A stretch of 28,909 nt of DNA. It comes from a virus (lineage: Duplodnaviria; Heunggongvirae; Uroviricota; Caudoviricetes). The stretch is from positions 1 through 28,909 of the IMG/VR virus record IMGVR_UViG_638341082_000005. One strand, 5' to 3'. Of this stretch, positions 17,261-26,309 are shown piece by piece; position 1 is the first letter of the stretch; every line of letters begins with the position of its first letter. Both the position numbers and the translations under genes were made by a program. Under the pieces are notes generated by a model. That model worked only from the letters and a program-made list of their open reading frames with translations, was not told the origin of the DNA and did not search any database.

Positions 17261-17958
17261 TGCAGGATATCCGGCAGGAAACACTGAATGAATGCACCCG
17301 TGCGGAGCAGTCGGCCAGTGTGGTGCTCTGGGAAATCGATCTGACAGAGGTCGGTGGAGAACGTTATTTTTTCTGTAATGAGCAGAACGAAAAAGGTGAG
17401 CCGGTCACCTGGCAGGGGCGGCAGTATCAGGCGTATCCCATTCAGGGAAGCGGTTTTGAACTGAATGGCAAAGGCACCAGTACGCGCCCCACGCTGACGG
17501 TTTCTAACCTGTACGGTATGGTCACCGGTATGGCGGAGGATTTGCAGAGTCTGGTCGGCGGAACGGTGGTCCGGCGTAAGGTTTACGCCCGTTTTTTGGA
17601 TGCAGTGAACTTCGTCAACGGAAACAGCGACGCCGATCCTGAGCAGGAGGTGATCAGCCGCTGGCGCATCGAGCAGTGCAGCGAACTGAGCGCGGTGAGT
17701 GCCTCCTTTGTACTGTCCACGCCGACGGAAACGGATGGCGTTGTTTTTCCGGGGCGCATCATGCTGGCCAACACCTGTACCTGGACCTATCGCGGTGATG
17801 AGTGCGGTTATAGCGGTCCGGCGGTCGCGGATGAATATGACCAGCCGACGTCCGATATCACGAAGGATAAATGCAGCAAATGCCTGAGTGGCTGTAAGTT
17901 TCGCAATAACGTCGGCAACTTTGGCGGCTTCCTTTCCATTAACAAACTTTCGCAGTAA
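17260..17958 (+). CDS. L: minor tail protein L
   Basis: 232 aa, matches lambda gpL including the C-terminal Cys cluster (CSKCLSGC). Confidence 0.9.
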   Translation: MQDIRQETLNECTRAEQSASVVLWEIDLTEVGGERYFFCNEQNEKGEPVTWQGRQYQAYPIQGSGFELNGKGTSTRPTLTVSNLYGMVTGMAEDLQSLVGGTVVRRKVYARFLDAVNFVNGNSDADPEQEVISRWRIEQCSELSAVSASFVLSTPTETDGVVFPGRIMLANTCTWTYRGDECGYSGPAVADEYDQPTSDITKDKCSKCLSGCKFRNNVGNFGGFLSINKLSQ

Positions 17959-17963
17959 ATCCC

Positions 17964-18707
17964 ATGACACAGACAGAATCAGCGATTCTGGCGCACGCCC
18001 GGCGATGTGCGCCAGCGGAGTCGTGCGGCTTCGTGGTAAGCACGCCGGAGGGGGAAAGATATTTTCCCTGCGTGAATATCTCTGGTGAGCCGGAGGAGTA
18101 TTTCCGGATGTCGCCGGAGGACTGGCTGCAGGCAGAGATGCAGGGTGAGATTGTGGCGCTGGTCCACAGCCACCCCGGTGGTCTGCCCTGGCTGAGTGAG
18201 GCCGACCGGCGGCTGCAGGTGCAGAGTGATTTGCCGTGGTGGCTGGTCTGCCGGGGGACGATTCATAAGTTCCGCTGTGTGCCGCATCTTACCGGGCGGC
18301 GCTTTGAGCACGGTGTGACGGACTGTTACACCCTGTTCCGGGATGCTTATCATCTGGCGGGGATTGAGATGCCGGACTTTCATCGTGAGGATGACTGGTG
18401 GCGTAACGGCCAGAATCTCTATCTGGATAATCTGGAGGCGACGGGGCTGTATCAGGTGCCGTTGTCAGCGGCACAGCCGGGCGATGTGCTGCTGTGCTGT
18501 TTTGGTTCATCGGTGCCGAATCACGCCGCAATTTACTGCGGCGACGGCGAGCTGCTGCACCATATTCCTGAACAACTGAGCAAACGAGAGAGGTACACCG
18601 ACAAATGGCAGCGACGCACACACTCCCTCTGGCGTCACCGGGCATGGCGCGCATCTGCCTTTACGGGGATTTACAACGATTTGGTCGCCGCATCGACCTT
18701 CGTGTGA
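17964..18707 (+). CDS. K: tail assembly protein K (MPN/JAB plus NlpC/P60-like)
   Basis: matches lambda gpK; the classical shorter start corresponds to ATG 18108 (MSPEDWLQ...); the longer ORF from 17964 includes the HSHPGG JAB-type motif. Confidence 0.85.
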   Translation: MTQTESAILAHARRCAPAESCGFVVSTPEGERYFPCVNISGEPEEYFRMSPEDWLQAEMQGEIVALVHSHPGGLPWLSEADRRLQVQSDLPWWLVCRGTIHKFRCVPHLTGRRFEHGVTDCYTLFRDAYHLAGIEMPDFHREDDWWRNGQNLYLDNLEATGLYQVPLSAAQPGDVLLCCFGSSVPNHAAIYCGDGELLHHIPEQLSKRERYTDKWQRRTHSLWRHRAWRASAFTGIYNDLVAASTFV

Positions 18708-19276
18708 AAACGGGGGCTGAAGCCATCCGGGCACTGGCCACACAGCTCCCGGCGTTTCGTCAGAAACTGAGCGACGGCTGGTATCAGGTACGGATTGCCG
18801 GGCGGGACGTCAGCACGTCCGGGTTAACGGCGCAGTTACATGAGACTCTGCCTGATGGCGCTGTGATTCATATTGTTCCCAGAGTCGCCGGGGCCAAGTC
18901 AGGTGGCGTATTCCAGATTGTCCTGGGGGCTGCCGCCATTGCCGGATCATTCTTTACCGCCGGAGCCACCCTTGCAGCATGGGGGGCAGCCATTGGGGCC
19001 GGTGGTATGACCGGCATCCTGTTTTCTCTCGGTGCCAGTATGGTGCTCGGTGGTGTGGCGCAGATGCTGGCACCGAAAGCCAGAACTCCCCGTACACAGA
19101 CAACGGATAACGGTAAGCAGAACACCTATTTCTCCTCACTGGATAACATGGTTGCCCAGGGCAATGTTCTGCCTGTTCTGTACGGGGAAATGCGCGTGGG
19201 GTCACGCGTGGTTTCTCAGGAGATCAGCACGGCAGACGAGGGGGACGGTGGTCAGGTTGTGGTGATTGGTCGTTGA
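18605..19276 (+). CDS. I: tail assembly protein I
   Basis: 223 aa matching lambda gpI; overlaps the 3' end of K in another frame, as in lambda. Confidence 0.85.
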   Translation: MAATHTLPLASPGMARICLYGDLQRFGRRIDLRVKTGAEAIRALATQLPAFRQKLSDGWYQVRIAGRDVSTSGLTAQLHETLPDGAVIHIVPRVAGAKSGGVFQIVLGAAAIAGSFFTAGATLAAWGAAIGAGGMTGILFSLGASMVLGGVAQMLAPKARTPRTQTTDNGKQNTYFSSLDNMVAQGNVLPVLYGEMRVGSRVVSQEISTADEGDGGQVVVIGR

Positions 19277-19295
19277 TGAAAAACGTTTTATGTGA

Positions 19296-19313
19296 AACCG
19301 CCTCAGGGCGGTT
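19296..19313 (+). other. stem-loop between I and J
   Basis: AACCGCC-TCAG-GGCGGTT followed by TTGTCGTTT; weak attenuator-like structure just before the J RBS. Confidence 0.3.
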
Positions 19314-19336
19314 TTGTCGTTTCTGGAGCGTGAGGA

Positions 19337-21531
19337 ATGGGTAAAGGCAGCAGTAAGGGGCATACCCCGCGCGAAGCGAAGGACAACCTGAAGTCCACGC
19401 AGATGCTGAGCGTGATAGACGCCATCAGTGAAGGGCCGATTGAAGGTCCGGTGGACGGATTAAAAAGTGTGCTGCTGAACAGTACGCCAGTGCTGGACAG
19501 TGAGGGGAATACCAATATCTCCGGTGTCACGGTGGTTTTCCGGGCAGGTGAGCAGGAGCAGACACCGCCGGAGGGATTTGAATCCTCCGGCTCCGAGACG
19601 GTGCTGGGTACGGAAGTGAAGTACGACACGCCGATTATCCGGTCAGCGTGGAGGTCCAGTCCGTCACCGACGGCGTGAAGGTGAAAGTGAGCCGGGTTCC
19701 TGACGGCGTTGCAGAATACAGCGTGTGGGGGCTGAAGCTGCCGACGCTGCGCCAGCGCCTGTTCCGCTGCGTGAGTATCCGTGAGAACGATGACGGTACG
19801 TATGCCATCACCGCCGTGCAGCATGTGCCGGAGAAAGAAGCCATCGTGGATAACGGGGCGCACTTTGACGGCGACCAGAGCGGCACGGTGAATGGTGTCA
19901 CGCCGCCAGCGGTGCAGCACCTGATCGCCGAAGTCACCGCAGACAGCGGGGAATACCAGGTGCTGGCGCGCTGGGACACGCCGAAGGTGGTGAAGGGCGT
20001 GAGCTTCCTGCTCCGTCTGACCGTGGCAGCGGACGACGGCAGTGAGCGGCTGGTCAGCACGGCCAGGACGACGGAAACCACATACCGCTTCAGGCAACTG
20101 GCGCTGGGGCGTTACACGCTGACAGTCCGGGCAGTAAATGCGTGGGGGCAGCAGGGCGATCCGGCGTCGGTATCGTTCCGGATTGCCGCACCGTCAGCGC
20201 CGTCGCGGATTGAGCTAACTCCGGGCTATTTTCAGATCACCGCCACGCCGCATCTTGCCGTTTATGACCCGACGGTACAGTTTGAGTTCTGGTTCTCGGA
20301 AAAGCGGATTGCGGATATCAGGCAGGTTGAAACCACAGCCCGCTATCTTGGCACGGCGCTGTACTGGATAGCAGCCAGTATCAATATCAAGCCGGGCCAT
20401 GATTATTATTTTTACATCCGCAGTGTGAACACCGTTGGCAAATCGGCATTCGTGGAGGCTGTTGGCCAGCCGAGTGATGATGCATCCGGCTATCTGGATT
20501 TTTTCAAAGGAGAGATAGGGAAAACCCATCTGGCTCAGGAGTTGTGGACGCAGATTGATAACGGTCAGCTTGCGCCTGACCTGGCGGAAATCAGAACGTC
20601 CATCACGGATGTCAGTAATGAAATCACGCAGACCGTCAATAAGAAACTGGAAGACCAGAGTGCAGCGATCCAGCAGATACAGAAGGTTCAGGTTGATACA
20701 AATAATAACCTGAACAGCATGTGGGCTGTGAAGCTGCAGCAGATGCAGGACGGACGCCTTTATATCGCGGGTATCGGTGCCGGTATTGAGAACACCCCCG
20801 ACGGTATGCAGAGTCAGGTGCTGCTGGCGGCAGACAGGATTGCGATGATTAATCCTGCGAATGGCAACACAAAGCCGATGTTTGTTGGTCAGGGCGATCA
20901 GATATTCATGAACGAAGTGTTCCTGAAATACCTGACGGCTCCCACCATTACCAGCGGCGGTAATCCTCCGGCATTTTCCCTGACACCGGACGGGCGGCTG
21001 ACGGCGAAAAATGCAGATATCAGCGGTAACGTGAATGCGAACTCCGGGACGCTCAACAATGTCACGATTAATCAGAACTGCCGGATTCTGGGAAAACTGT
21101 CAGCCAACCAGATTGAAGGCGATATTGTTAAAACGGTGGGCAAAGCTTTCCCCCGGGACTCCCGTGCACCGGAACGGTGGCCATCAGGGACCATTACCGT
21201 CAGGGTTTATGACGATCAGCCGTTTGACCGGCAAATTGTTATTCCAGCGGTGGCTTTCAGCGGTGCCAGACATGAACGGGAGAATAGCGATACTTATTCG
21301 TCATGCCGCCTGATAGTGAAGAAAAACGGGGCTGAAATTTATAACCGAACGGCTCTGGATAATACTCTGATTTACACGGGTGTTATTGATATGCCTGCAG
21401 GCAGTGGCGTAATGACACTGGAGTTTTCGGTATCAGCATGGTGGGTAAATGGCTGGTATCCCACAGCAAGTATCAGCGATTTGCTGGTTGTGGTGATGAA
21501 GAAAGCCACCGCAGGCATCAGTATCAGCTGA
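19337..21531 (+). pseudogene. J: tail tip / host specificity protein J with ~1.5 kb internal deletion and frame change
   Basis: first ~100 codons match the lambda J N-terminus (MGKGSSKGHTPREAKDNLKST...VKYDTPI); this frame stops at 19678; a second frame from 19648 ([20 protein letters not shown]...) matches lambda J from about residue 600; junction near 19636-19640. Confidence 0.75.
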
Positions 21532-21550
21532 ATTTTATAACCCCAATACG

Positions 21551-21575
21551 GGCGTCAGAAATGACGCCTTTTTTA
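21551..21575 (+). terminator. rho-independent terminator after J
   Basis: GGCGTCA-GAAA-TGACGCC followed by TTTTTTA. Confidence 0.7.
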
Positions 21576-21598
21576 TTGCAGAAAAGCGAGAGGTAATT

Positions 21599-22198
21599 AT
21601 GCGTAAATTATGTGCTGTTATTCTGTCCGCAGTAGTCTGGCTGGTTGCCGCTGGTACGCCAGCGAGCGCAGCAGAGCATCAGTCCACACTAAGCGCCGGG
21701 TATCTTCAGGCCCATACTGATATGCCAGGCAGTGATGACCTGAAGGGCATTAACGTGAAATACCGTTATGAATTTACGGACACGCTGGGGCTGGTGACGT
21801 CATTCAGTTATGCCAATGCCAAAGATGAGCAAAAAACGCATTACAGCGATACCCGCTGGCATGAAGATTCAGTGCGTAACCGCTGGTTCAGCATGATGGC
21901 GGGGCCATCTGTACGCGTGAATGAATGGTTCAGTGCTTATGCGATGGCAGGTGTGGCTTACAGCCGTGTTTCGACGTTCTCCGGGGATTATCTCCGCGTA
22001 ACTGACAACAAGGGGAAAACGCACGATGTGCTGACCGGAAGTGATGACGATCGCCACAGCAACACGTCTCTGGCGTGGGGAGCTGGCGTGCAGTTTAACC
22101 CGACCGAATCCGTGGCCATTGATATTGCTTATGAAGGCTCCGGCAGTGGCGACTGGCGCACTGACGGTTTCATCGTGGGTGTCGGTTATAAGTTCTGA
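21599..22198 (+). CDS. lom: Lom-like Ail/OmpX-family outer membrane protein
   Basis: signal peptide (MRKLCAVILSAVVWLVAAGTPASA), beta-barrel-like alternating pattern, C-terminal GVGYKF; position after J as in lambda. Confidence 0.85.
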   Translation: MRKLCAVILSAVVWLVAAGTPASAAEHQSTLSAGYLQAHTDMPGSDDLKGINVKYRYEFTDTLGLVTSFSYANAKDEQKTHYSDTRWHEDSVRNRWFSMMAGPSVRVNEWFSAYAMAGVAYSRVSTFSGDYLRVTDNKGKTHDVLTGSDDDRHSNTSLAWGAGVQFNPTESVAIDIAYEGSGSGDWRTDGFIVGVGYKF

Positions 22199-22225
22199 TT
22201 AGCCAGGTAACACAGTGTTATGACA

Positions 22226-22251
22226 GCCCGCCGGTTCAGGCGGGCTTTTTT
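22226..22251 (+). terminator. rho-independent terminator after lom
   Basis: AGCCCGCC-GGTTCA-GGCGGGCT followed by TTTTTT. Confidence 0.7.
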
Positions 22252-22262
22252 GTGGAGTGGAT

Positions 22263-24620
22263 ATGGCAGCAGTAAAAATCTCAGGTGTGCTGAAAGATGG
22301 TGCGGGAAAACCAATACAGAACTGCACTATTCAACTGAAGGCAAAGCGCAACAGCACCACGGTACTGGTGAACACGGTGGCCTCTGAAAATCCGGATGAA
22401 GCCGGGCGTTACAGCATGGATGTTGAGTATGGTCAGTACAGCGTCACCCTGCTGGTTGAAGGTTTTCCGCCTTCACATGCCGGGACCATTACCGTCTATG
22501 AAGGTTCCAGACCAGGTACGCTGAATGATTTTCTCGGTGCCATGACGGAAGATGATGTCATGCCGGAGGCATTGCGTCGTTTTGAGGCAATGGTGGAAGA
22601 AGCGGCACGCAACGCTGAAGCCGCCTCTCAGAGCGCAGCAGCGGCAAAGAAATCCGAAACTGCAGCGGCATCATCGAAGAACGCGGCGAAAACCTCAGAA
22701 ACGAATGCAGCTAACAGCGCACAGGCGGCAGCGTCCTCGCAGACTGCATCGGCAAACTCCGCGACAGCAGCCAAAAAATCAGAAACCAATGCGAAAAACA
22801 GTGAGACAGCCGCAAAGACGAGCGAAACCAACGCAAAGTCCAGCCAGACGGCAGCGAAAACAAGCGAAACGAATGCCAAAGCCAGTGAAACTGCGGCGAA
22901 AAGCAGTCAGGATGCAGCAGCCGAAAGCGAGAGTGCTGCAGCTGGTTCTGCGACTTCAGCAGCTGGATCAGCAACTGCTGCGGCTAACAGCCAGAAAGCA
23001 GCGAAGACGAGCGAAACTAACGCAAAGTCCAGCCAGACGGCAGCGAAGACCAGCGAAACGAATGCCAAAGCCAGCGAAACTGCGGCGAAAAACAGTCAGG
23101 ATGCAGCAGCCCAAAGCGAGAGTGCCGCAGCTGGTTCTGCAACAGCGGCAGCTAATAGCCAAAAAGCTGCAAAAACCAGTGAAACTAACGCAAAGACGAG
23201 TGAAACAAAAGCAGCAGCCAGCGAGACAGAAGCAACGTCAGCCGCAACAAGAGCAGAGAATGCAGCCCGGATTGCAGAAGATGCCGCTGATCCTGCTTCT
23301 GTCCCTCCGCTTCCTGATATCTGGCTACCCTTGAATGATTCTCTGGAAGCGATAACAGGGTATGCCCCGGGCTATAAAACAATAACCATCGGCAGTGATG
23401 AAATAACAATGCCTGTTAATGGCATATGCCAATTTAGCCGGGCTTCATCTGCAACGTATATTGATAAGTCCGGGCATATTACCGTGGCAGGGAATAACGT
23501 TCCTCGTTTTGAAAAATATGGTTTGCTGATAGAGAATCAGCGAACAAACATGTTCGTAAATAGTTTTAATCCTGATGCCTGGAATAAAAGCGGTGGTATA
23601 TCTGTAACATCATCAACAGATGAATTTGAGTTTAAATATGGACGTTTCACGGTAGGAAGCGATATAGCAGGAACGACAACAGGGCGAAATATATGCACAG
23701 TTGCTGGTAACAAAGGCATAGATGTGACTGGCGATGATCAGTACAGTAAAGGTCCGTATGTTACCGCGTCGTTCAGGGTAAGAAGTGATCTCAATGTTCG
23801 CGCACGTATCCGTTTTGAACGATATAACTCGGAAGGATACACCTTCCTTTGCGACGCCTATTTGTCATTACAGACCCATGAACTACAAATTACTGGTGGC
23901 AATGCCCAGCTATTAACAGCAAACTTTGAAATCGATCCAGGTAGTGGATGGATATATTTTCAGGCAACACTGAAATGTCTGCCAGAATGGGGAATGGTTG
24001 GTACGCAGCTGCAAATTGCAGCCGACAGAGCTGTGGGGTCTTTTGCAACAGGTGACTGGATAGAAGTAACCACCCCGCAATTCGAGTATGGTGCTTGTGC
24101 AACTTCCTTCATCATAACGACAACTGAGCCAGCGACTCGTGCATCAGATTTATGTAAATTTCCGCTGATGAAAAATATGTATACCATGCCTTTTACGTTC
24201 ATGGTGGAAGTCCATAAAAACTGGTTTATTTCTCATAATGCGGCACCGCGTGTCATTGATTCAGAAAATCACCAGTCCGGAGGCCCATTTATTATGGGGT
24301 TTGGTTCTTCTGGAACTATTAGTCAGGACGGTTATTCGTATTGCGATATAGGCGGGGCTAACCGACGTGTATATGAGTCATGCGGAGTAAGAGATCTTGT
24401 TATGGGATTCAGGGTTAAGGCTGACGGCATGACATGCTCATTTGCAAATAAGCATATAAGCACAGAAACAAAAACAGTATGGAAATATATTCGTGAAGCT
24501 GCTGTGATTCGTATCGGGGGACAAACGACGACAGGATTACGACACCTTAATGGTCATATAAAAAACCTCCGTTTCTGGAACAGAGCATTGTCAGATACGC
24601 AGCTTAAGGAATACGTATAA
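22263..24620 (+). CDS. stf: side tail fibre protein: lambda Stf-type N-terminus with a different C-terminal domain
   Basis: N-terminus MAVKISGVLKDGAGKPIQNCTIQLKAKRNSTTV... matches lambda Stf; then SETNAK-type repeats; C-terminal ~450 aa unlike lambda, ending in a jelly-roll/LamG-like signature (HLNGHIKNLRFWNRALSDTQL); start at ATG 22263 (ORF-track 22257 is GTG). Confidence 0.8.
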   Translation: MAAVKISGVLKDGAGKPIQNCTIQLKAKRNSTTVLVNTVASENPDEAGRYSMDVEYGQYSVTLLVEGFPPSHAGTITVYEGSRPGTLNDFLGAMTEDDVMPEALRRFEAMVEEAARNAEAASQSAAAAKKSETAAASSKNAAKTSETNAANSAQAAASSQTASANSATAAKKSETNAKNSETAAKTSETNAKSSQTAAKTSETNAKASETAAKSSQDAAAESESAAAGSATSAAGSATAAANSQKAAKTSETNAKSSQTAAKTSETNAKASETAAKNSQDAAAQSESAAAGSATAAANSQKAAKTSETNAKTSETKAAASETEATSAATRAENAARIAEDAADPASVPPLPDIWLPLNDSLEAITGYAPGYKTITIGSDEITMPVNGICQFSRASSATYIDKSGHITVAGNNVPRFEKYGLLIENQRTNMFVNSFNPDAWNKSGGISVTSSTDEFEFKYGRFTVGSDIAGTTTGRNICTVAGNKGIDVTGDDQYSKGPYVTASFRVRSDLNVRARIRFERYNSEGYTFLCDAYLSLQTHELQITGGNAQLLTANFEIDPGSGWIYFQATLKCLPEWGMVGTQLQIAADRAVGSFATGDWIEVTTPQFEYGACATSFIITTTEPATRASDLCKFPLMKNMYTMPFTFMVEVHKNWFISHNAAPRVIDSENHQSGGPFIMGFGSSGTISQDGYSYCDIGGANRRVYESCGVRDLVMGFRVKADGMTCSFANKHISTETKTVWKYIREAAVIRIGGQTTTGLRHLNGHIKNLRFWNRALSDTQLKEYV
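22811..23150 (+). repeat. tandem near-identical ~150-bp duplication (period ~190 bp) inside stf
   Basis: the block ACGAGCGAAAC(C/T)AACGCAAAGTCCAGCCAGACGGCAGCGAA...GCAGCTGGTTCTGC occurs twice (from ~22819 and ~23008) with a few substitutions, encoding the repeated AKTSETNAKSSQTAAKTSETNAKASETAAK motif. Confidence 0.8.
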
Positions 24621-24889
24621 TGCGGGATATAACATTACGATTCGATAACAGAGAACAGTTTAACGCAATTGTATATGACAGTGGCCTGTTCAGTCTTGAA
24701 GAAGAAAACGGGGTTCTTGTTGATGTTATTGGCTGCGTTATCGATTACGAGGAGCCAGAAAACGAAAGATGTACAGGCATTGATCGCGGTGGTTTTTTCG
24801 TAAATATGAGGATCGTTGATAGCAGTAAAAATATATCTTCTTTAATGCCTTTCATTACGACAGATCAGCATGTAAGGACATGGGCTTAA
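24620..24889 (+). CDS. small acidic hypothetical protein translationally coupled to stf
   Basis: 89-aa ORF; its ATG overlaps the stf stop (TAATG); no family recognised; not a lambda-type Tfa. Confidence 0.4.
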   Translation: MRDITLRFDNREQFNAIVYDSGLFSLEEENGVLVDVIGCVIDYEEPENERCTGIDRGGFFVNMRIVDSSKNISSLMPFITTDQHVRTWA

Positions 24890-24901
24890 TGGAGTAAGAC
24901 A

Positions 24902-25585
24902 ATGGTTACAAAAACAGTAATTCCGGGAGACATCACCACGCTAAAGGGAGATATTTCCTCAATTAACGGAAAAGTATCAACGCTTCAGACTGAGATGACC
25001 AGTGCAAAGCAGGATATCAGCTCCAGATACACAAAAACTGAAGTTGATAATAAGCTGAAAAACAAACTGGAAGTGAATGCTCTCGAAAGCGGTAATTATG
25101 GTGGAGATTTTTACCCGCTGACTGGCCGCGAAGCGTTTTATTTATGGGGGTTGGGCACGACTACTGCGGCGGCAAACCTTTATCTTAATCCTGACCCTGC
25201 AATTTCGTCTGTACTGCGGTCAACATCGTCTATCCGCTATAAACATTCAGTAGAGACGATAGATTCAGAGCACGCCGATGTCATTTTCAGGATGCGCCCT
25301 GTGTGGTACAGGTCGCAATGCGAAAATGACAGGCGTGACTGGGGGTTCTACGGATTGATTGCCGAGGAAGTAGGAGAAATTGCCCCTCAGTTTGTACACT
25401 GGCGACCAGCTAACGAAGATGATGCTCCTGAAGCTATTTCCAGCAATGGCCTTGTTGCCGAAGGTGTAATGTACGAACGTCTGGTTGTTCCACTGATTCA
25501 CCATATCCAAAAGCTGACAGAAAGAGTTGATGAACTTGAGTCAGAATTAAAGTTGTTATTAACTTCCCGAAGCGATATCGGATAA
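24902..25585 (+). CDS. short tail-fibre-like protein with C-terminal intramolecular-chaperone (peptidase S74-like) domain
   Basis: N-terminal coiled-coil-like segment; C-terminal SSIRYKHSVETI...WGFYGLIAEEVGEIAPQFV resembles endosialidase-type auto-cleaving chaperone domains; GGAG RBS 7 nt upstream. Confidence 0.45.
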   Translation: MVTKTVIPGDITTLKGDISSINGKVSTLQTEMTSAKQDISSRYTKTEVDNKLKNKLEVNALESGNYGGDFYPLTGREAFYLWGLGTTTAAANLYLNPDPAISSVLRSTSSIRYKHSVETIDSEHADVIFRMRPVWYRSQCENDRRDWGFYGLIAEEVGEIAPQFVHWRPANEDDAPEAISSNGLVAEGVMYERLVVPLIHHIQKLTERVDELESELKLLLTSRSDIG

Positions 25586-25588
25586 AGG

Positions 25589-25882
25589 ATGAAAATGGAT
25601 ATAACACCTTTCCTTCATGCACTTTGTGCTGTGGCTGCGCAGGTACTGGTTGGTCTTTTTACCGGAAACTGGGCTTACGGGGCGATAGCCGGTTGTACAT
25701 TCTTCATTGCGCGGGAACACACCCAGGCAGAATATCGCTGGATTGAAATGTTCGGGCATGGCAAGCGTATGAATATGCCGTGGTGGGGCGGTTTTGATCC
25801 ACGTGCATGGGATGTGGCAAGCCTGATGGATTTTGCTGTGCCGGTGGTGGCGTGTCTGCTGATCTGGATGTTGATCCGTTAA
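25589..25882 (+). CDS. small putative membrane protein (two hydrophobic segments)
   Basis: hydrophobic stretches LHALCAVAAQVLVGLF and FAVPVVACLLIWMLI; true start may be the second ATG at 25595, which has better RBS spacing. Confidence 0.4.
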   Translation: MKMDITPFLHALCAVAAQVLVGLFTGNWAYGAIAGCTFFIAREHTQAEYRWIEMFGHGKRMNMPWWGGFDPRAWDVASLMDFAVPVVACLLIWMLIR

Positions 25883-25895
25883 ATATAAAAAGTAA

Positions 25896-25929
25896 AAAGC
25901 CGCAGTAACTTGTCATGATAGGATACTGC
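25896..25929 (-). terminator. terminator downstream of the dinI-like gene
   Basis: inverted repeat GCCGCAGTA / TACTGCGGC followed on the minus strand by TTTTTACTTTTTATATTT. Confidence 0.5.
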
Positions 25930-25999
25930 GGCTGGCTGGTTAACTTTCGATAGTGCGAGTATTGAATGATTTCCAGCCGTTACCGATTTTACGTGTTAA

Positions 26000-26248
26000 T
26001 TAGTGAACAAACCACTCGTCAGCAGACTCCCAGGTATCTTTCAGAGTTTCCTGAACAAAAGTTTTAGCTGAATCTTTATCGGCGGTGCGCGTAACAGAAA
26101 GGCCATCGTTGCTGGTGGCTTTTACGATCACCTCTACATCGTCATAACGTTTACTGATGCGTCGGGTTAATTCTTCCTTTAACGCATCCACAGCACCGGT
26201 TGGCATTTTAGTCATTTTTTCTTTGGCTATGCAGATTTCAATACGCAT
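26000..26248 (-). CDS. dinI: DinI-family DNA-damage-inducible protein
   Basis: 82 aa; [11 protein letters not shown]...[13 protein letters not shown]...[15 protein letters not shown] closely resembles E. coli DinI; tandem LexA boxes immediately upstream. Confidence 0.8.
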   Translation of the reverse strand: MRIEICIAKEKMTKMPTGAVDALKEELTRRISKRYDDVEVIVKATSNDGLSVTRTADKDSAKTFVQETLKDTWESADEWFVH

Positions 26249-26261
26249 AAAAGTCCCTCTA

Positions 26262-26309
26262 TACTGTGTTTGTATACAGTGTTATTTTTAACTGTATGGA
26301 TAAACAGTG
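26262..26309. promoter_or_regulatory. two tandem LexA (SOS) boxes in the dinI-like promoter
   Basis: TACTGTGTTTGTATACAGTG (26262-26281) and AACTGTATGGATAAACAGTG (26290-26309), both CTGT-N8-ACAG, 14-61 bp upstream of the dinI-like start codon. Confidence 0.75.

Noticed and set aside
17164-17970. 268-aa minus-strand ORF spanning gene L
   Set aside because: Fully antisense to the conserved L gene; no RBS; the protein-like signal belongs to the plus strand
19303-20097. 264-aa minus-strand ORF antisense to J
   Set aside because: Antisense to conserved J sequence; Arg/His/Pro-rich composition typical of GC-rich antisense frames
22552-23334. 260-aa highly basic ORF (R/K/Q-rich) in an alternative frame inside stf
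   Set aside because: It is the out-of-frame reading of the repetitive Ala/Ser/Thr-coding repeats of stf; no RBS, and its composition is the signature of a frame artefact
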